64,000 nt of DNA from the NCBI GenBank assembly GCA_965153285.1, contig OZ229122.1; one strand, given 5' to 3'. Below, piece by piece: positions 61,934 to 64,000 of the stretch. A model generated the notes under the pieces. The model was not told the DNA's origin. It worked only from the letters and a program-made list of their open reading frames with translations, and made no database searches. How positions within the stretch are numbered: position 1 is the stretch's first letter; each line of letters opens with the position of its first letter. Source of the stretch: Podarcis tiliguerta (lineage: Eukaryota). The position numbers and the translations under genes were made by a program.

Positions 61934-62025
61934 AATCCAACCCCCTTGAATCTTTCGGCCAACATGGGACTTGAACCCACGACCTTGAGGTGGAGAGTCT
62001 TGTACTCTACCAACTGAGCTATCCC
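61934..62025 (-). mobile_element. tRNA(Lys)-derived SINE (Squam2-like), not a functional tRNA
   Basis: GGGATAGCTCAGTTGGTAGAG...GGGTTCAAGTCCC head with a broken anticodon arm, followed by CR1-like GGGGGTTGGATTAGA. Confidence 0.7.
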
Positions 62026-62084
62026 TTTGTCACCCTGGCTACCCTGCAGGATATGCTGCAGCCACCCCTCTCCTTGCCACTCAC

Positions 62085-62238
62085 ACCAGCCGATGCAGAT
62101 GAACATCCATTTCCTCAGCTTGTCTGTCGAATAGGTGAGGACAATGGCCGTGTGAAGGTAGCAGCCCTCGCCAAACATCCAGAAGAAATTGGTGACGTGG
62201 AAGTAGTTGTAGGCAGCTGTGACGAGGCGGCACCAGGG
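62085..62238 (-). CDS. CRHR1: CRHR1 exon (TM3-ICL2)
   Basis: [51 protein letters not shown]. Confidence 0.97.
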
Positions 62239-63283
62239 CTGTGTGTGGTGAGGAACAGGCAGAATGGATGAATTAAGAGGAAACAGCCCCGCAAATCCTA
62301 GCCACAAGGAAGCCTACCCTACCTCTATGAGGACACAGCTACTCTGAACAGCTTAGCATCGTCCCCTTTCGCCTGCTAACGGCTGAACATTCATAAACAG
62401 TGAGGCTGAGGCTCCATTCTTCGGCTTTAAAATTCCCAACCCTTCAGATCGAAGCAAAGCCAACTGCAAGATAGCTCAACTCATCTGCAAATAAGCTACG
62501 GCACACTCTCAAGATGATAGAGCTCATGGAAATTCAACTTTCTTTTCACACACTAAGGAGACCTTGGCTGAACCTCAGCTGCTGGGTAGCTCAGATCAAC
62601 AGACTTGAAAGCGTTCCTTGGCTCAGCCTTCAACAACATGGCACCCTCTAGAAATTAGGGGTGGCAATTCCACCCAGCCTCAGCCAGGCTGCCTTAGCTT
62701 CTGCTAACAAATCCAACAAGGAGATACCTGGATTAGAATTTCATTTTTGGTCGTAGGACGGTCATGGTGAAATACCCTGCAATTTAACTTGCAAATATCT
62801 GACAGGTTTATGGGCCTGATCAGCTGGCTCTTTCAAACTCTTAAAGACATGCCAATGTTTTCAAGGTGCTAAAGCAAAGTGATCATGATCATGTTGGTCT
62901 ATATACTAATTGGTAGCATTTCTTCCTAGGCCTACCTGGAGAAGCCAGGAAGTGATCCTGAAACCTTCTGCATGTTGCAAAATGCTCTACCACTCAGCTC
63001 CAGCCCCTTGCCAGAGGCCTTATCACCTAGAGATTCCATATGTCTGGATTTTTCCGTACATTACTGGGATTTCAAAGGAGGAATTGACATCGGAGTGAGG
63101 GGATTTCCAAAAGGCAGCATTTTGTTCTGGATCTTAGGCAAGTCAATTGAGAAAGCGTGTTTTTTGGTATTTTTTTGTGGGGGGAAGCTCAACAACTTTT
63201 GGGGTGTCCTGGTTTTTATTTTTTGAATTATGGCAACCCTATCATCACCAGCTCAGAATACCTTAGGGCTATACACTATAGAT

Positions 63284-63404
63284 CAGGGTTTCCCAAACCT
63301 GGGTCACCAGCTGTTTTTGGACTACAACTCCCATCATCCCTAGCTAGCACGACCCGTGGTCAGGGATGCTGGGAATTGTAGTCCACAAACAGCTGGAGAC
63401 CCTG
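63284..63404. mobile_element. hAT-type MITE (same family as 40940), right end partly deleted
   Basis: CAGGGTTTCCCAAAC...ggactacaactcccatcatccctagc... Confidence 0.8.
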
Positions 63405-63585
63405 ATAGAGATGTACGTTTTCAAGGCTTGACTTTCATATAACAGGTCAAGAAGCAGTGACCTCAAAGGTCATGGGGAAAGTTTCTCGATCCCCCTTGCT
63501 TTTTTTGTTTTGTTTTTCAAAGTTCAGCAGGCATCCAAGCCAAATTGCTAGCACCAGATTTGAGGCCAGGCTGAGGAGAACCTAC

Positions 63586-63706
63586 CACGTTGCTTTCATG
63601 GACTTCTGGATTCATGGTGAGCTGGACCACAAACCACGTGGCGTTCCGCAAAATGAAGGCAGTGATCAAGTTCCAGTGGATAATGTTTCGTAGGCACCGG
63701 ATGCTC
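63586..63706 (-). CDS. CRHR1: CRHR1 exon (ICL1-TM2-ECL1); upstream exons lie beyond the window
   Basis: [40 protein letters not shown]. Confidence 0.97.
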
Positions 63707-63814
63707 CTGGAGGAGAAAAGGAAAGAGCGTGCAAAATGGCAGCACAGGCCCAAAGGATGAACTGCCCCACTCTCAAGGCAGAACCCCTCCCCTCGCATGT
63801 TACTGCCTTGTCCC

Positions 63815-63819
<5 letters not shown>

Positions 63820-63858
<39 letters not shown>
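63820..63858. repeat. (CT)n microsatellite
   Basis: Read directly from the sequence. Confidence 0.95.
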
Positions 63859-63859
<1 letters not shown>

Positions 63860-63864
63860 AAGAG

Positions 63865-64000
63865 TTTGGATTTGATATCCCGCCTTTCACTCCCCTTCAG
63901 GAGTCTCAAAGCGGCTAACATTCTCCTTTCCCTTCCTCCCCCACAACAAACACTCTGTGAGGTGAGTGGGGCTGAGAGACTTCAAAGAAGTGTGACTGGC
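63865..64000 (-). mobile_element. Squam3-like SINE, cut by the window edge
   Basis: Nearly identical to 43768-43897. Confidence 0.85.

Noticed and set aside
61953-62025. Possible tRNA-Lys gene
   Set aside because: The anticodon arm and acceptor stem are broken and it runs into a CR1-like tail, so it is a SINE head.
51032-63706. Assignment of the receptor to CRHR2
   Set aside because: The C-terminal [13 protein letters not shown]...QSTA and the TM2 [11 protein letters not shown] residues are CRHR1-type.

Overview
This is eukaryotic, intron-rich vertebrate DNA, almost certainly squamate and probably a lacertid lizard, judged from a Sauria/POM-type SINE and Squam2/Squam3-like SINEs. Four protein-coding loci were reconstructed by hand with GT-AG junctions and consistent reading frames. 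(1) The last five coding exons of PSMC5 (+, 734-2749). (2) The complete 13-exon SMARCD2/BAF60B gene (-, 5106-33263, 507 aa), tail-to-tail with PSMC5, with a CpG-island promoter near 33 kb. (3) An unnamed multi-exon C2H2 zinc-finger gene (+, about 38134-46280, model 740 aa). It has a degenerate KRAB-like N-terminus, a poly-Ala tract, an unexplained helical domain resembling the N-terminal motif of teleost ZNFs, and 6 intact fingers. (4) The last eight coding exons of CRHR1 (-, 51032-63706). Introns and spacers carry Tc1/mariner-pogo and hAT MITEs, tRNA-derived SINEs, and decayed CR1, L2, L1, Penelope and Gypsy fragments. The most notable observations are the composite ZNF architecture, a perfect 143-bp fold-back palindrome in SMARCD2 intron 1, the SMARCD2-ZNF-CRHR1 gene order (no TCAM1/GH next to SMARCD2), and several motif-dense candidate enhancers. 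No prokaryote-type system or CRISPR array is present. Most ORF-track entries are spurious.
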